A stretch of DNA of 64,000 nt from Laetmonice hystrix (Eukaryota), in NCBI GenBank assembly GCA_965235115.1, contig OZ249436.1:29948001-30012000 (forward strand), written 5' to 3'. The notes under the pieces are model-generated. The model was not told where the DNA came from, searched no databases, and saw only the letters and a program-made list of their open reading frames with translations. Position numbers and translations under genes: made by a program. Position 1 is the stretch's first letter. The number at the start of each line of letters is the position of its first letter. Below, piece by piece: positions 51,645 to 63,778 of this stretch.

Positions 51645-53112
51645 TTACCACCGTGCAGTCGAGTTGTGCCTTTTCCGAGGTTAGCGATCCCCGTTACGTC
51701 ATACCTGACCTAGTTAGCGACTCGCGTTCAACCCTCGGTGTGCCAAGGGTCGAACTCGAGCTAGTCCTCACTGTAAAATACCGTATAGACTCTACGCCTA
51801 CCTACCGAAAGATTAGTTTATCCTGGCCGCGAATATTATGGACTGTCTACCGGCCCCTCCTCTGCCTGAGCCGACGCTGCACCCCGGCAGGATGGGGCCA
51901 GCCCGGGCTGCCTCCAGGGGCGGGCTGCAGCCCACGGTTAGCGATCCCCGTTACGTCATACCTGACCTAGTTAGCGACTCGCGTTCAACCCTCGGTGTGC
52001 CAAGGGTCGAACTCGAGCTAGTCCTCACTGTAAAATACCGTATGCTAGCTCGAGTAACCCTACTCGGGTTACTCGAGCTAGCATGGCGGCCACAAACTCT
52101 GTGCTCGGCCAAGACAGCAGTGACAGTGGGCTTGAAGGGTAACAGTTAGAGAGGAGCAGTGCATGCTCTGCAACCAGAGATTTACACCTTTGCTGAAACT
52201 GCGTATTTGGTGGCCTTAAGGCCACGGTAGGCTACTGGCATGACTGAGACCAATTGGCAATTGCTCTTGAAGTGATGATCAAGACAAACCTTTCCATATT
52301 TAATTCTAACATTTTCCGGCCATAAAATATAATTTTGCATTTTACTTGGCCTACCTACTAGCCTACCAACCCTATTTTTAATGCATTCACCCCCCTCCCC
52401 AAATATTGAAGTCGCTAAAGCGATCATTTTGCCTGAAAATCGTGTGGACTATGGCAAGGGTGTAGCCGGGGGGGCGGGGGTTCTGGGTTGCCCGCCCCCC
52501 CCCCCAAAAAAAATAGCTAATTAATAATGCAATAGATCTAAATACTAATATTCTGGGTTGGACCCCCCCCCCCCCGCCATTTCAGTTGGACCCCCCCCCC
52601 CCCCCATCAGGGGTCTTTTGGGGGGGTCTGGCAGCCCTAAAGCAGCAGAAAATTTGTCTGGCAAAGTCATTTTTGTATGTAACAGGATGCTCCTGAAAAC
52701 CTGATATGATGTTTTTGTGGTACCTGCAATGTTTGAACCAGACATTTTTTTGCACCCCTTTTGGGGTTCCCGGGGGTCTTATGCAGCAGGGGGTCCCCGG
52801 CAGACGTCAATATCTTAATAGGTATGGTAGTTCCCAAGATGACCCCATACTCAGATATTGGTACCGTGTTCGTTTGAACAAAATGCTCTGGGCTGCCGGT
52901 CTATAGCGCCGGGTGGCCGTCACCATGCACCCGCCCCCGTCAAAGACTTAGCATAAATTAGGCTAGGTTTTCTTTGCCAAGGTCCTGACAACTAAATAAC
53001 ACCTAGGCCTAATTAATTGATAAAAACATTGTATCAGCGCCTGACCACCACCATCTTTTGTCTGAGCATGGTCAGTATGGTGGGCCGGGCCATCAGCTGT
53101 AGGGCCGCCCGG

Positions 53113-53195
53113 CAGTCGGCTCTACCTCGACAGATGGACAGAATCATGTGAAAATCCGAACCCAGCTGGCGGACTTTCCCGAGGGTTCCCGAATG
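53113..53195. mobile_element. 83-bp mini-element with 10-bp TSD
   Basis: GGCCGCCCGG|CAGTCGG...CCGAATG|GGCCGCCCGG. Confidence 0.65.
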
Positions 53196-53269
53196 GGCCG
53201 CCCGGGTGGCTCCCGGCACTGCCACTGAGCTGTCGAGAAGTGGCCGGGTCATTTTATTCGATTGATCTA

Positions 53270-53872
53270 GGGGAAGGTGGGGTAAAATGGCCTATGCGGG
53301 TCATATGGCCCACCCCATTATCTGAGTTGTTAGCTGCTGCCATCTAGCGTTGACTATATGTACTGTTGGTCTATGTGATGTACGTCTTGGAACAAGCCAT
53401 GCAGACGACGTCAGTTCATCCAGTGCCCGACAGATGTTCGAAGTCAAAAAGTGACGTCTTTGACCTAAGTATGGCAGACTAGATGTCATCACTTGTAATC
53501 AAGACAGCCTGGAGTGATTGTACCGATTGATAAGTCAGTTAGTGAACTAATTATAGGATAAAAGAAACTCTCTCATGCGTACCTCTTGTATGACATTGAC
53601 AGAACATGTGAGTTGGCAGGTGGGGCAATATTAATTTTACCCCATATAGGTGGGCCATTTTGTACAACCCATTGGACAAAATGGCCCACTTTGGCAAAAT
53701 ATTTCTTGGCAGATTTTCCTGGAAATGGCTTGTAGGATTCATGTTCACTTCATCTATGTTGCTGCTGGTAAGGTCATGTTTCAATTGCATATAGTCAGCT
53801 CCTCTTCGTAGTGCATTAACTTATGTAAAAATCACCCTGAAGCTTAAGGTGGCCATTTTACCCCACCTTCCC
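53270..53872. mobile_element. Tc1/mariner/pogo-like MITE with TA TSD
   Basis: TA|GGGGAAGGTGGGGTAAAATGGCC...GGCCATTTTACCCCACCTTCCC|TA. The empty site is preserved in the opposite palindrome arm near 54276-54290. Confidence 0.88.
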
Positions 53873-54494
53873 TATGTTTGGTCAAAGTTGTTAACGTAAC
53901 AACAACTTTATAATGATATTTGGTCTATATGAGTTTACTAACACCATTAATAGAGGCTCTAACCACTATAGGCCTATAAGGGACTCAATTCTGCCGGCAT
54001 CTCACTAGATCTACCTGTGCCACATTCGGAAAACCTCGGCCCAACTTCCGGTCGCTTCGCTGTAGTTGTGCTCGGACACCCATCGACGCATTGATATACA
54101 TGGATTCCATGTATCGCCCCAGTGCGCAACGGCACAAGACTGGCACAGGTAGTGAGATGCCGGCAGAAATTGAGTCCCTTATATATATAGTGGTTAGAGC
54201 CTCTAATAATGGTGTTAGTAAACTCATATAGACCAGATATCATTATAAAGTTGTTGTTACGTTAACAACTTTGACCAAACATAGATCAATCGAATAAAAT
54301 GACCCGGCCACTTCGCGACAGCTCTGCAGTGCCGCACGGGTGGCTCCCGGCGGGGACAGCTAGGGCGGCCCGGCGGTCCGCGGGCTCCGAGTCGCCCTGG
54401 CTCATAATATTGAACCACTTTGAGTATGGATTTGCCGTATTATTTGCCTTGATTTGACTGGATTCAACACACGAGTGTTCAACATAACGCTTAA

Positions 54495-54834
54495 AGGTGC
54501 TATTCGCCTCGCTCAGAATGGCATTTCTCCTATCATACATTGTGCACATAGTACTGGGAAAAGTTTCTACCGATACCATTGGCCTGATAAACCTTCTAGT
54601 AGTTTGTGTGCAGCATTTGAAACCTATCTCGGTGCGCACCGAGATACAGCCATTTCCTATGGTGGGGCGTGTCAGGGTCTCCACAGGCCTTCTGAGAGAG
54701 CCCCATTTGTGCCGTTATCCATGAAAAATTTTGATTTCCTTTGTTTTGAATCTATTTCCATGATAGGTGGGATCACATAAACGTCAACAAAGTTAAAAAT
54801 AAAAAAATTGAACTTTTTTCCACGAATAGCACCT
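54495..54834. mobile_element. Kolobok-like MITE
   Basis: TTAA|AGGTGCTATTCG...CGAATAGCACCT|TTAA. Confidence 0.82.
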
Positions 54835-55283
54835 TTAACATGAGAGTCAAGTCGTCAAAATGAACCGTCACAATCCCGTAAAATCAAAGAAGTCAAAGTT
54901 CAAACCGTCACAGAAAACCGGGTGTGACGATTCAACGGTGGCGTGTAGGCCACCTTGATTCGATCCTCTTATCGCACGGATCATACATGCTAAATAAGGA
55001 AGAGTCCACGTTTTCATGGCCAATGTCATTGTCAAGAAAGGCTACAATCCGTGACAAATTCGGTTTCAGTTTTTTGCCAACTAACGAAGAAAGCCGTCTA
55101 TTGACAGCACCACAGCCCAGACACTGGCGAGTGGCCGCCATTGTTGTTTACATGGGACACTACGACAATAGTGCGCTGACCCCATCTGACCCAATATGGC
55201 GACCTCCGATTGGTATCCGAGTCTCTCTACATCGTAAAGGGCTCGGTGTTCCGAATGCAGTAGACATGCTAAGAGCTCAAAAA

Positions 55284-58200
55284 GGGGTGAACACTGCATT
55301 TTATAGTGCAAATGTCTGACTTGGCATGATTGGTCCTTAGGGCAAAAGGAAACAAAATATCCAAAGAGACAAGTTGTCTCTATGCATAGAGGCCCCTAAT
55401 TTGAATAAATTATGCTAATTAGCACCCGACGGAAGTCGATTTCTAACTTTTGAACCAATTCACTTAGAAATACGTGTGATAGGTGGATTTTAACTAATTT
55501 GGGGGTCAGAAATCCATCTGCAGGGTTATTTTGACATTTGGCGGCCATTTTCACCCTCAAATCCAAGATGGCCGCCAGCAACCATCTGAAATCTAGCCTA
55601 AAGGTACTTCATAATTTAAACTAATTGAGGACATACTTGTGTTATGCATGGATTTTCATTTGTGGGGGTTGGGAAACTCATTTCTGTCATTTCTTTGCAA
55701 TAAGAGTCCATGTTGAAGGTAAAATCCAAGATGGCTGCTCTTGGGTTAGCCTATAGGGCCTATTAGAAAACATGATTGGCCTAGGCCTATATCAAACGCA
55801 TGAAAATTGAATATAGTCCGGCAGCCAAAGGGTTGAACCTGGAAATGTGGTATAACTTTTATTTTTTGATGGATTTAAGGTGCCAAGGTCGTCCTGAGTG
55901 AGAATCCGCCTGATGCCAGCTTGGCACCCTTGACCATTTTTTCTAATTTGCATAAATCCAATATGGCCGCCATCTTACCCATGGCGATCCACTTTTGGCA
56001 TTATCTCCACCCGTAAATTGACATTTTTCATTATATAATATTTTTCCTAGGAGGTTCTGGGACAGAGGGATCGGTTACAAGAAAGAAAAGAATGATTGAC
56101 CGCGCCCTCATTTGCATAAATTAAATATGGCCGCCATCTTAACACGAATTTGAGCTATTCTGGCTATATCTCAACGTCAAAATGGAATTTTACTCTTTAT
56201 AAAGTACTGTTCAGGGGATAAATGACGTACACAATCTTTTTGCAGTGATACATATTCGAATTGGTCCACCCCTCATTTGCATAAATCCAATATGGCCGCC
56301 ATCTTACCCATGGCGATTCACTTTTGGAATTGTCTCCAACTGTAAATTGACTTTTTTCATTATGTAAATTATTTTTTAGGAGGTTCTGGGAATCGGTTAC
56401 TAGAAGAAAAAGAGTGATTGGCTCGCTCCCTCATTTGCATAAATTAAATATAGCCGCCATGTTGGCCAGAACTCTGGCTATTCTGGCTAAATCTTCAGTG
56501 AGTTTACTCTTTAAAAAAGCTCATTTGCAATATGTAGTCTATTTCTTGTGGCAAGAAAGTGAAGTGGCAAGCAATCTATGTTGATATTGTTACCAATGAG
56601 GGCTCCCTTAGCCTACATGTTTTGACTGAACTTAAACTGAAACAAACACTAGAGTGAGGGCCCCCCACAGGTATTGACTGCCCTTGGGCTGGAGCAAACA
56701 CTACAGTGAGGGCTGCCTCTATGTATTGACTGCCCTTCGGCTGGAGCAAGCAGTACAGTGAACGCTCCCTACATGTATTGAGTGGCGTCATACTCGAGCA
56801 AACACTACTCTACATGGATTGACTGAGTTTAGACTGGAGCAAACACTAGAGTGATGGCTCCCTACATGTATTGACTGCGCTTGGGCTGGAGCAAACGCTA
56901 CAGTGAGGACTTCCTACATGTATTGACTGGCCTTATACTCGAGCAAACACTACAGTGAGGGCTCCCAACTGTCTGGCCTTTTGCGCTCACTGTTAGTCTT
57001 TGCTCGAGTATAAGGCCAGTCAGTACATGTGGTGACCCCTCACTGTAGTGTTTGTACGAGTATAAGGCCAGACGGTACATGTTGGGAGCCCTCACTGTAG
57101 TGTTTGCTCCAGGCCTAGGGCAGTCAATACATGTAGGGAGCCCTCACTGTAGTGTTTGCTCCAGTCTAAGGCCAGCCAATACATGTAGAGAGTATAAGGC
57201 CAGTCAGTCGATGTGGTGACCTTTCACTGTAGTGTTTGCTCGAGTATAAGGCCAGACGGTCCATGTTGGGAGCCCACACTGTAGTGTTTGTTCGAGTATG
57301 ACGCCACTCACCAGTAATCTTAGGGCCTGGGTTCGATTCCTGTAGAGGACTATACAACTTTTCTCTTTAGGGACATTGTCAAAGTAATTGGGTTACCCCT
57401 GATGCCCGTGCATTTCAAAAGAAAAATACATGTAGTGAACCCTCACTGTACGGTTTGCTGCAGCCCATGGCCAGTCATTACATGGAGGGAACCCTCCCTG
57501 TAGTGTTTGCTCGAGTATAAGGCCAGTCAGTACATGTTGTGACCCCTCATTGTAGTGTTTGCTCGAGTATAAGTTGCCCTCACTTTAGTGTTTGCTTCAG
57601 TCTAACCTCAGTCAAAACATGTAGCGAGCCCTCACTGTACTGTTTCCCCCAGCGCTAAGTCAGTCTTTATATGGAGGGAGCTCTCACTGTAGTATTTGCT
57701 CCAGCCCAAGCGCAGTCAATACATGTAGGGAGCCATCAGTGTAGTGTTTGCTCCAGCCTAAGACCAGCCAATACATGTAGAGAGCCCTCACTGCACATGT
57801 AGTGTTTGCTTCAGTCTAAGCTCAGTCAATCCATGTACAGAGCCCTCACTGTACTGTTTGCTCGAGTGTAAGGCCAGACGGTACATGTTGGGAGCTCTCA
57901 CTGTACTGTTTGCTCCAGTCTAAGGCCAGCCAATACATGTAGAGAGCCCTCACTGCACATGTAGTGTTTGCTTCAGTCTAAGCTCAGTCAATCCATGTAC
58001 AGAGCCCTCACTGTACTGTTTGCTCGAGTGTAAGGCCAGACAGTCCATGTTGGGGGCCCTCACTGTAGTGTTTGCTCGAGTATAAGGCCAGACAGTCCAT
58101 GTTGGGGGCCCTCACTGTAGTGTTTGCTCGAGTATGACGCCGCTCACTACATGTAGTGAACCCTCACTGTATGGTTTGCTGCAGCCAATGGCCAGTCATT

Positions 58201-59161
58201 ACATGGAGGGAACCGTCCCTGTAGTGTTTGCTCGAGTATAAGATCAGTCAGTGGATGAGCCCTCACTGTAGTGTTTGCTCGAGTATAAGGCCAGGCAGTA
58301 CATGTTGGGAGCCCTCACTGTAGTGTTTGTTTCAGTCTAAGCTCAGTCAAAACATGTAGGGAGCCCTCACTGGCAACAATACCAACAGAGATTGCTTACC
58401 ACTTCACTTTCTTGCCACAAGAAATAGACTACATGTTGCAAATGAGCTTTTTTAATGAGTAAAACTCATTTTGACGTGAAGACATAGCCAGAATAGCTCG
58501 AGTTCTGGCTAACATGGCGCTATATTTAATTTATGCAAATGAGGGAGCGAGCCAATCACTCTTCTTCTTCTAGGAACCGATTCCCAGAACCTCTTAAAAA
58601 TAATTTACATAATGAAAAAAGTCAATTTGCAGTTGGAGATAATGCCAAAAGTGACTTACAATGGGTAAGATGGCGGCCATATTGGATTTATGCAAATGAG
58701 GGGTGGACCAATCACTCTCTTTTTTCTTGTACCTTGTCCTAGAACCTCCTAAGAAAAAAATTATACGCTGAAAAAAAGTCAATTTACGGGTGGAGATAAT
58801 GCCAAAAGTGAATCGCCATGGGTAAGAACCATGTACATGTACCGTAAGCTAGATTTCAGATGGTTGCTGGAGGCCATCTTGGATTTGAGGATCAAAATGG
58901 CCGCCAAATGTCAAAATAACCCTGCAGATGGATTTCTGACCCCCAAATTAGTTGAAATCCACCTATCACACGTATTTCTAAGTGAATTGGTTCAAAAGTT
59001 AGAAATCTACTTCCGTCGGGTGCTAATTAACATAATTTATGCAAATTAGGGGCCTCTATGCATAGAGACAACTTGTCTCTTTGGATATTTTTTTTCCTTT
59101 TGCCCTAAGGACCAATCATGCCAACTTAGACATTTGCACTATAAAATGCAGTGTTCACCCC
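55284..59161. mobile_element. 3.9-kb foldback-type element with inverted ~52-bp minisatellite core
   Basis: Arms 55284-55600/58845-59161 and ~56263-56590/58375-58710 are reverse complements. The ~52-bp units switch orientation near 56983. Confidence 0.88.
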
Positions 59162-59455
59162 CTTACCATGTCTACTGGGGCGATACATGGAATCCATGTA
59201 AATGGGGTGCACCTTGACGCCGCGTTTTCCGCATGGCGGCAGCACTGTGCAAGCGGTTCTGATGGAGACATTTTAGCATAGAATTAGATAGGCTGATATC
59301 TGCTAATCTGTGGCTGGTTGCCATACCGACATTTGTTCTAAAGAGGTATGACAATTTTTAGACTTCTTTCATTCACTTTAGTCCATATGAGTTAATATTA
59401 TTACGTCTCCCCCCAGCTGGGGGAGACGTTTTGTTTTGCACGCTGTTTCTGACCG

Positions 59456-59530
<75 letters not shown>

Positions 59531-60508
59531 TTATTTTCTTCTTTTTGGAATAACTCGGCCACTGTTAGAGAGGGAGTTATCAAATTTGAAATGGCCCGAC
59601 AGAACCTTCTGAAAAATCTTTGTTTTTACTTATAGTGCCATTTGACCTTTGACCTCTTCTGTGGCACGAATGTGCCAACTTGTGCTGTGATCACGATAAC
59701 GCGAGAAAAATAGCCTGAATCGATCCAAAATTGGTATGTCGGCCTTCTTTCATCCGGGGCTTGGACAAGTTCGAAAACCAGTTTGGTTGACCCAGAACTT
59801 TCAAGATGGCGGCTGATCTAAAAAAAAATGGCACGTGCCATTTTTTTGCCAAAGCCATAACTCGGAAAATACTGGCTGGAATAACATCAAATTTGGTCAG
59901 CAGGGTCATCTATGTGCCAAATTTAGATTTCCCGGAGGACACGTTCCTGTGACCCCAGATGACCTCTGTGTGACCTTCAACATTTTCGAAGTGGTTGGGC
60001 GCTTACTTGACGTCAGCTCAAAAACTACCGGGGCTAGAAAGTCCTAATTTGGGGAAAAGACAACTGTGGATATTTTCTCGGGATTTTGCTATTTTTAGCA
60101 CTTCATGACCTTTGACCTCAGTACCGTGCCAACCTTAGAGAAACCTTTTATATATCCCAAACCCCTGACCGTATCTTTATGAAACTTGGTGGAGAAGAAT
60201 CTCCAGGTCTTTGCCTCCAACCGCTACATTAAGTGTTTTTCTCTACAGTTAATAGTTTCCGACTTATGCGGCTTACACAGCGCGTAAACAACTTGTTTCT
60301 GATTGGCTGTATGCTAATGAGTATCCAGAACTAGCGTGGGAAAAAAATTCGCCAGCGGGCCCACTCCCAGTCACTGGCCTGTGCGCCTGTTCTCAGCCGT
60401 TGTCCCTGGCAACCCCCTCCAATCCCCAGTCAGGCGTCCTTCTCAGCCGTGGTAACTCCCCCCCCCCCCCCCCCCCAAACCCCTCGGGCCGGCCGCCCGT
60501 CCCCCACC

Positions 60509-60746
60509 TATGGAATACCGGCGACGACATGCGAGATGCGAGACAGTGTGTTTGGGTTAGGGTAAAGGTTAGGCCTACGGTTAGTGTTAGTTTTCACTTT
60601 AGCCCCAAAATTATTGTTAAATAGGCACTAATTGAGCAGTGGATCGTGATGTCGGTGTCAATAAGAAACATTCTATGTGCTAAATTGACACTGTTCGGTT
60701 CCATGTCGCTTCTCGCATCTCGCATGTCGTCGCCGGTATTTCCATA
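60509..60746. mobile_element. TATGG-ended MITE with 7-bp TSD
   Basis: CCCCACC|TATGGAATACCGGCGACGACATGCGAGATGCGAGA...TCTCGCATCTCGCATGTCGTCGCCGGTATTTCCATA|CCCCACC. Confidence 0.8.
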
Positions 60747-60885
60747 CCCCACCACCGCAGATCCCACAACTGAGTTACATAACACTTCCACGCTCCACCA
60801 ACAACCACCAACTCCTTTACCACAGCCAGCACATCGCACACACACACACACACACACCCCTATCCACATACATACATACCTTATC

Positions 60886-61900
60886 GTCATCGGTATTTTC
60901 AGCTAGCAGTAACTTGGCAATAGAGCCAGATAGGCCCATAGTTACTATTGAAGACAGATAGGAGTCATATATGGCCTTTAAAATGACACCATTTTTAATT
61001 AGGTCACGTGACCCTACGTGACTCTATGACGTCATCAGTATTTCCAATTAGCAGTAACTTGGAAATAGAGCCAGATAGGCCCATAGTTACTATTGAAGAC
61101 AGATAGGAAGTCATTATGGCCTTTAAAATGACACAATTTTTAATTAGGTCACGTGACCCTACGTGACTCTATGACATCATCGGTATTTTCAATTAGCAAT
61201 AACTTGGAAACAGAGCCAGATAGGCCCATAGTTACTATTGTAGACAGATAGGAAGTCATATATGGCCTTTAAAATGACACCATTTTTAATTAGGTCACGT
61301 GACCCTACGTGACTCTATGACGTCATCAGTATTTTCAATTAGCAGTAACTTGGAAATAGAGCCAGATAGGCCCATAGTTACTATTGAAGACAGATAGGAA
61401 GTCATTATGGCCTTTAAAATGACACAATTTTTAATTAGGTCACGTGACCCTACGTGACTCTATGACATCATCGGTATTTTCAATTAGCAATAACTTGGAA
61501 ACAGAGCCAGATAGGCCCATAGTTACTATTGTAGACATATAGGAAGTCATATATGGCCTTTCAAATGACACCATTTTTAATTAGGTCACGTGACCATATA
61601 TGGCTGTATGACGTCATCAGTGTTTTCAGCTGGCAGTAACTTGGAAAAAGAGCCAGATAGGCCCATACGTACTAGTGAAGACCCATAGGAAGTCATATAG
61701 GGCCTTTCAAATGACACCATTTTTAGTTAGGTCACGTGACCCTACGTTGCCCTATGACGTCATTGGTATTTTAAGATGGCTGTAACTTAGAAACAGAGCC
61801 AGATGGGTCCATGGTTCCTATTAAACTCATATGGAAAATCATATATGAGTTTTCAATTTACGTCAATTTAAATGCTGTCAGGTGACCCCATCTGGCTTAA
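60886..61900. repeat. Tandem array, 145/146-bp unit, ~7 copies
   Basis: The AACTT anchor recurs at 60911, 61056, 61201, 61347, 61492, 61638 and 61784. Confidence 0.92.
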
Positions 61901-61904
61901 TGAC

Positions 61905-62850
61905 CCTTTTTAGGTAATTTTCAACCAAAGATCAGTGATATCTCGAAAACGGTTAAAGATATCAATGTCTGGGTTTCACCTTTGGGTTTAGCATAAAAAA
62001 CTTGACCCATCCTCAGCGATTTTGAAAAATCCAAGATGGCGGCCAAGTTGACCTAATTTCCAATTTCAGCACCATTGGATTGGGTAATAGGTCCACTATC
62101 TCTGACACCGAGATGGCTCCCCTAAATTCGATAGTTTCCATCTTATGGCCCCTCAAAGTTGGCCCTTTTAGGTTATTTTCAACCAAACATCAGTGATACC
62201 TCGAAAACGGTTAAAGATATCAATGTCTGGTTTTGACCATTGGGTTTGGGATAAAAACCTTGAGCCATTTTCCCTGAATTTGAAAAATCCATGATGGCGG
62301 CCAAGTTGACCTAATTTCCGATTTTAACACCATTGGATTGGGTAATAGGTCAGCTGTCTCTGACACCGAGATGGCTCCCCTAAAATCAATAGTTTCCAAG
62401 TTATGGCTCTTCAAAGTTGGCCCTTTTAGGTCATTTTCAACCAAAAATCAGTGATATCTCTAAAACGGTTAAAGATATCAACGTCTGGTTTTCACTATTG
62501 GGGTTAGGATGGAAAACTTGACCCATTTAAACTGAATTTGAAAAATCCAAGATGGCGGCCAAGTTGACCTAATTTCCGATTTTAAAACCATTGGATTGGG
62601 TAATGGGTCAGCTGTCTCTGACACCGAGATGGCTCCCCTAAAATCAATAGTTTCCAAATTATGGCTCTTCAAAGTTGGCCCTTTTAGGTCATTTTCAACC
62701 CAAAATCAGTGATATCTCTAAAACGGTTAAAGATATCAACGTCTGGTTTTCACCATTGGGGTTAGGATGGAAAACTTGACCCATTTGAACAGAATTTGAA
62801 AAATCCAAGATGGCGGCCAAGTTGACCTAATTACCGATTTTAACACCATT
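61905..62850. repeat. Tandem array, 258-bp unit, ~3.7 copies
   Basis: GGTTAAAGATATCAA recurs at 61951, 62209, 62467 and 62725. Confidence 0.92.
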
Positions 62851-63322
62851 GACTGGTGAATGGGATACCTGTGCCCTGGGCACCTCGCAACTAGTTAATC
62901 TTTTCTTTCGCACAGAAAATCTGCCATAGCTATATCATTGCTTTTGCAACACACTACTTTCATACTAATTAGTCCTCTCTCAAAAATTATATGATGTCAT
63001 TACTTTAAAAAAGGGGAGACGTCCTGTTCGGACTGAACAATTTCTAGTTTAGTAATGAGGTCATTAGGTCATCCGAGAGCACATTAGCATTTCGTCGTCC
63101 TATCTAAGCTTGTGCTAATGTGCTCCAGCAAGGACTGACGTGCCGGTGCTGCCGCCTTGCGGATTTGACTGGAAATCCCCACTGCGCATGCGTCTAATGT
63201 ACCCCATTAATACGTCGAGGGGTGTCCGAGTCCAGTTCCCGAAAGGAAAGTAAACCGGAAATGGCTCGGTCGTTCCGATTGGGGTTAGGTACATTCGGGA
63301 TTCCCTCGGCCATATCTTCGAA

Positions 63323-63778
63323 TAGCCTGGTCCCCGGTGCCTACCATACGCATCCGCTATGTTAGGCCCGGTGATGGCTAACAGAAAGCTGTAAAACGGA
63401 AGTGGTTATCTCCAAGCACTTCCGCCTCGGAGCTAATCACTTCCGCCTCCGGTCCGTTTGTCAGCGTTAACAGAGTGATTGACTTCTGCTTGGAGCGTTG
63501 CCGGGAGTGGCCAACATGCATGTGCGTATGCAGACCGTAGCAGGTATGGGAACTGATGACGCTATGCTTACATCCAGAAAAGCGAGGACATTTAACACTT
63601 GTATTGTATTGACGATTTCGTTGATTGACGAAAATATCTGTATCTTGTTGGAGAAATACGGAAGGTACGGAACTACCTCGTTTGAGGCCAATGTTTTCGA
63701 TGGACCAATCACAACGCTTGCTTCGATTGGCCATCACCAGGCTCTATATACGTAGTGTTTAGACCGGGCACCAGGCTA
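63323..63778. mobile_element. Academ(H)-like non-autonomous element with 9-bp TSD
   Basis: ATCTTCGAA|TAGCCTGGTCCCCGGT...ACCGGGCACCAGGCTA|ATCTTCGAA. Confidence 0.78.

Larger units (their letters stand above)
59399..63049 (+). mobile_element. Helentron/DINE-1-like element containing nested arrays
   Basis: The 5' end has palindrome ACGTCTCCCCCCAGCTGGGGGAGACGT and (TTTC)n. The 3' end has GGGGAGACGT, hairpin TGTTCGGACTGAACA and CTAGTT. Confidence 0.8.

Noticed and set aside
57320..57345. tRNA gene at GGGTTCGATTCC
   Set aside because: It is an isolated B-box fragment, probably a SINE remnant, with no cloverleaf.
56590..58385. CRISPR-like repeat-spacer pattern
   Set aside because: The variable parts are diverged versions of one ~52-bp unit, not unique spacers.
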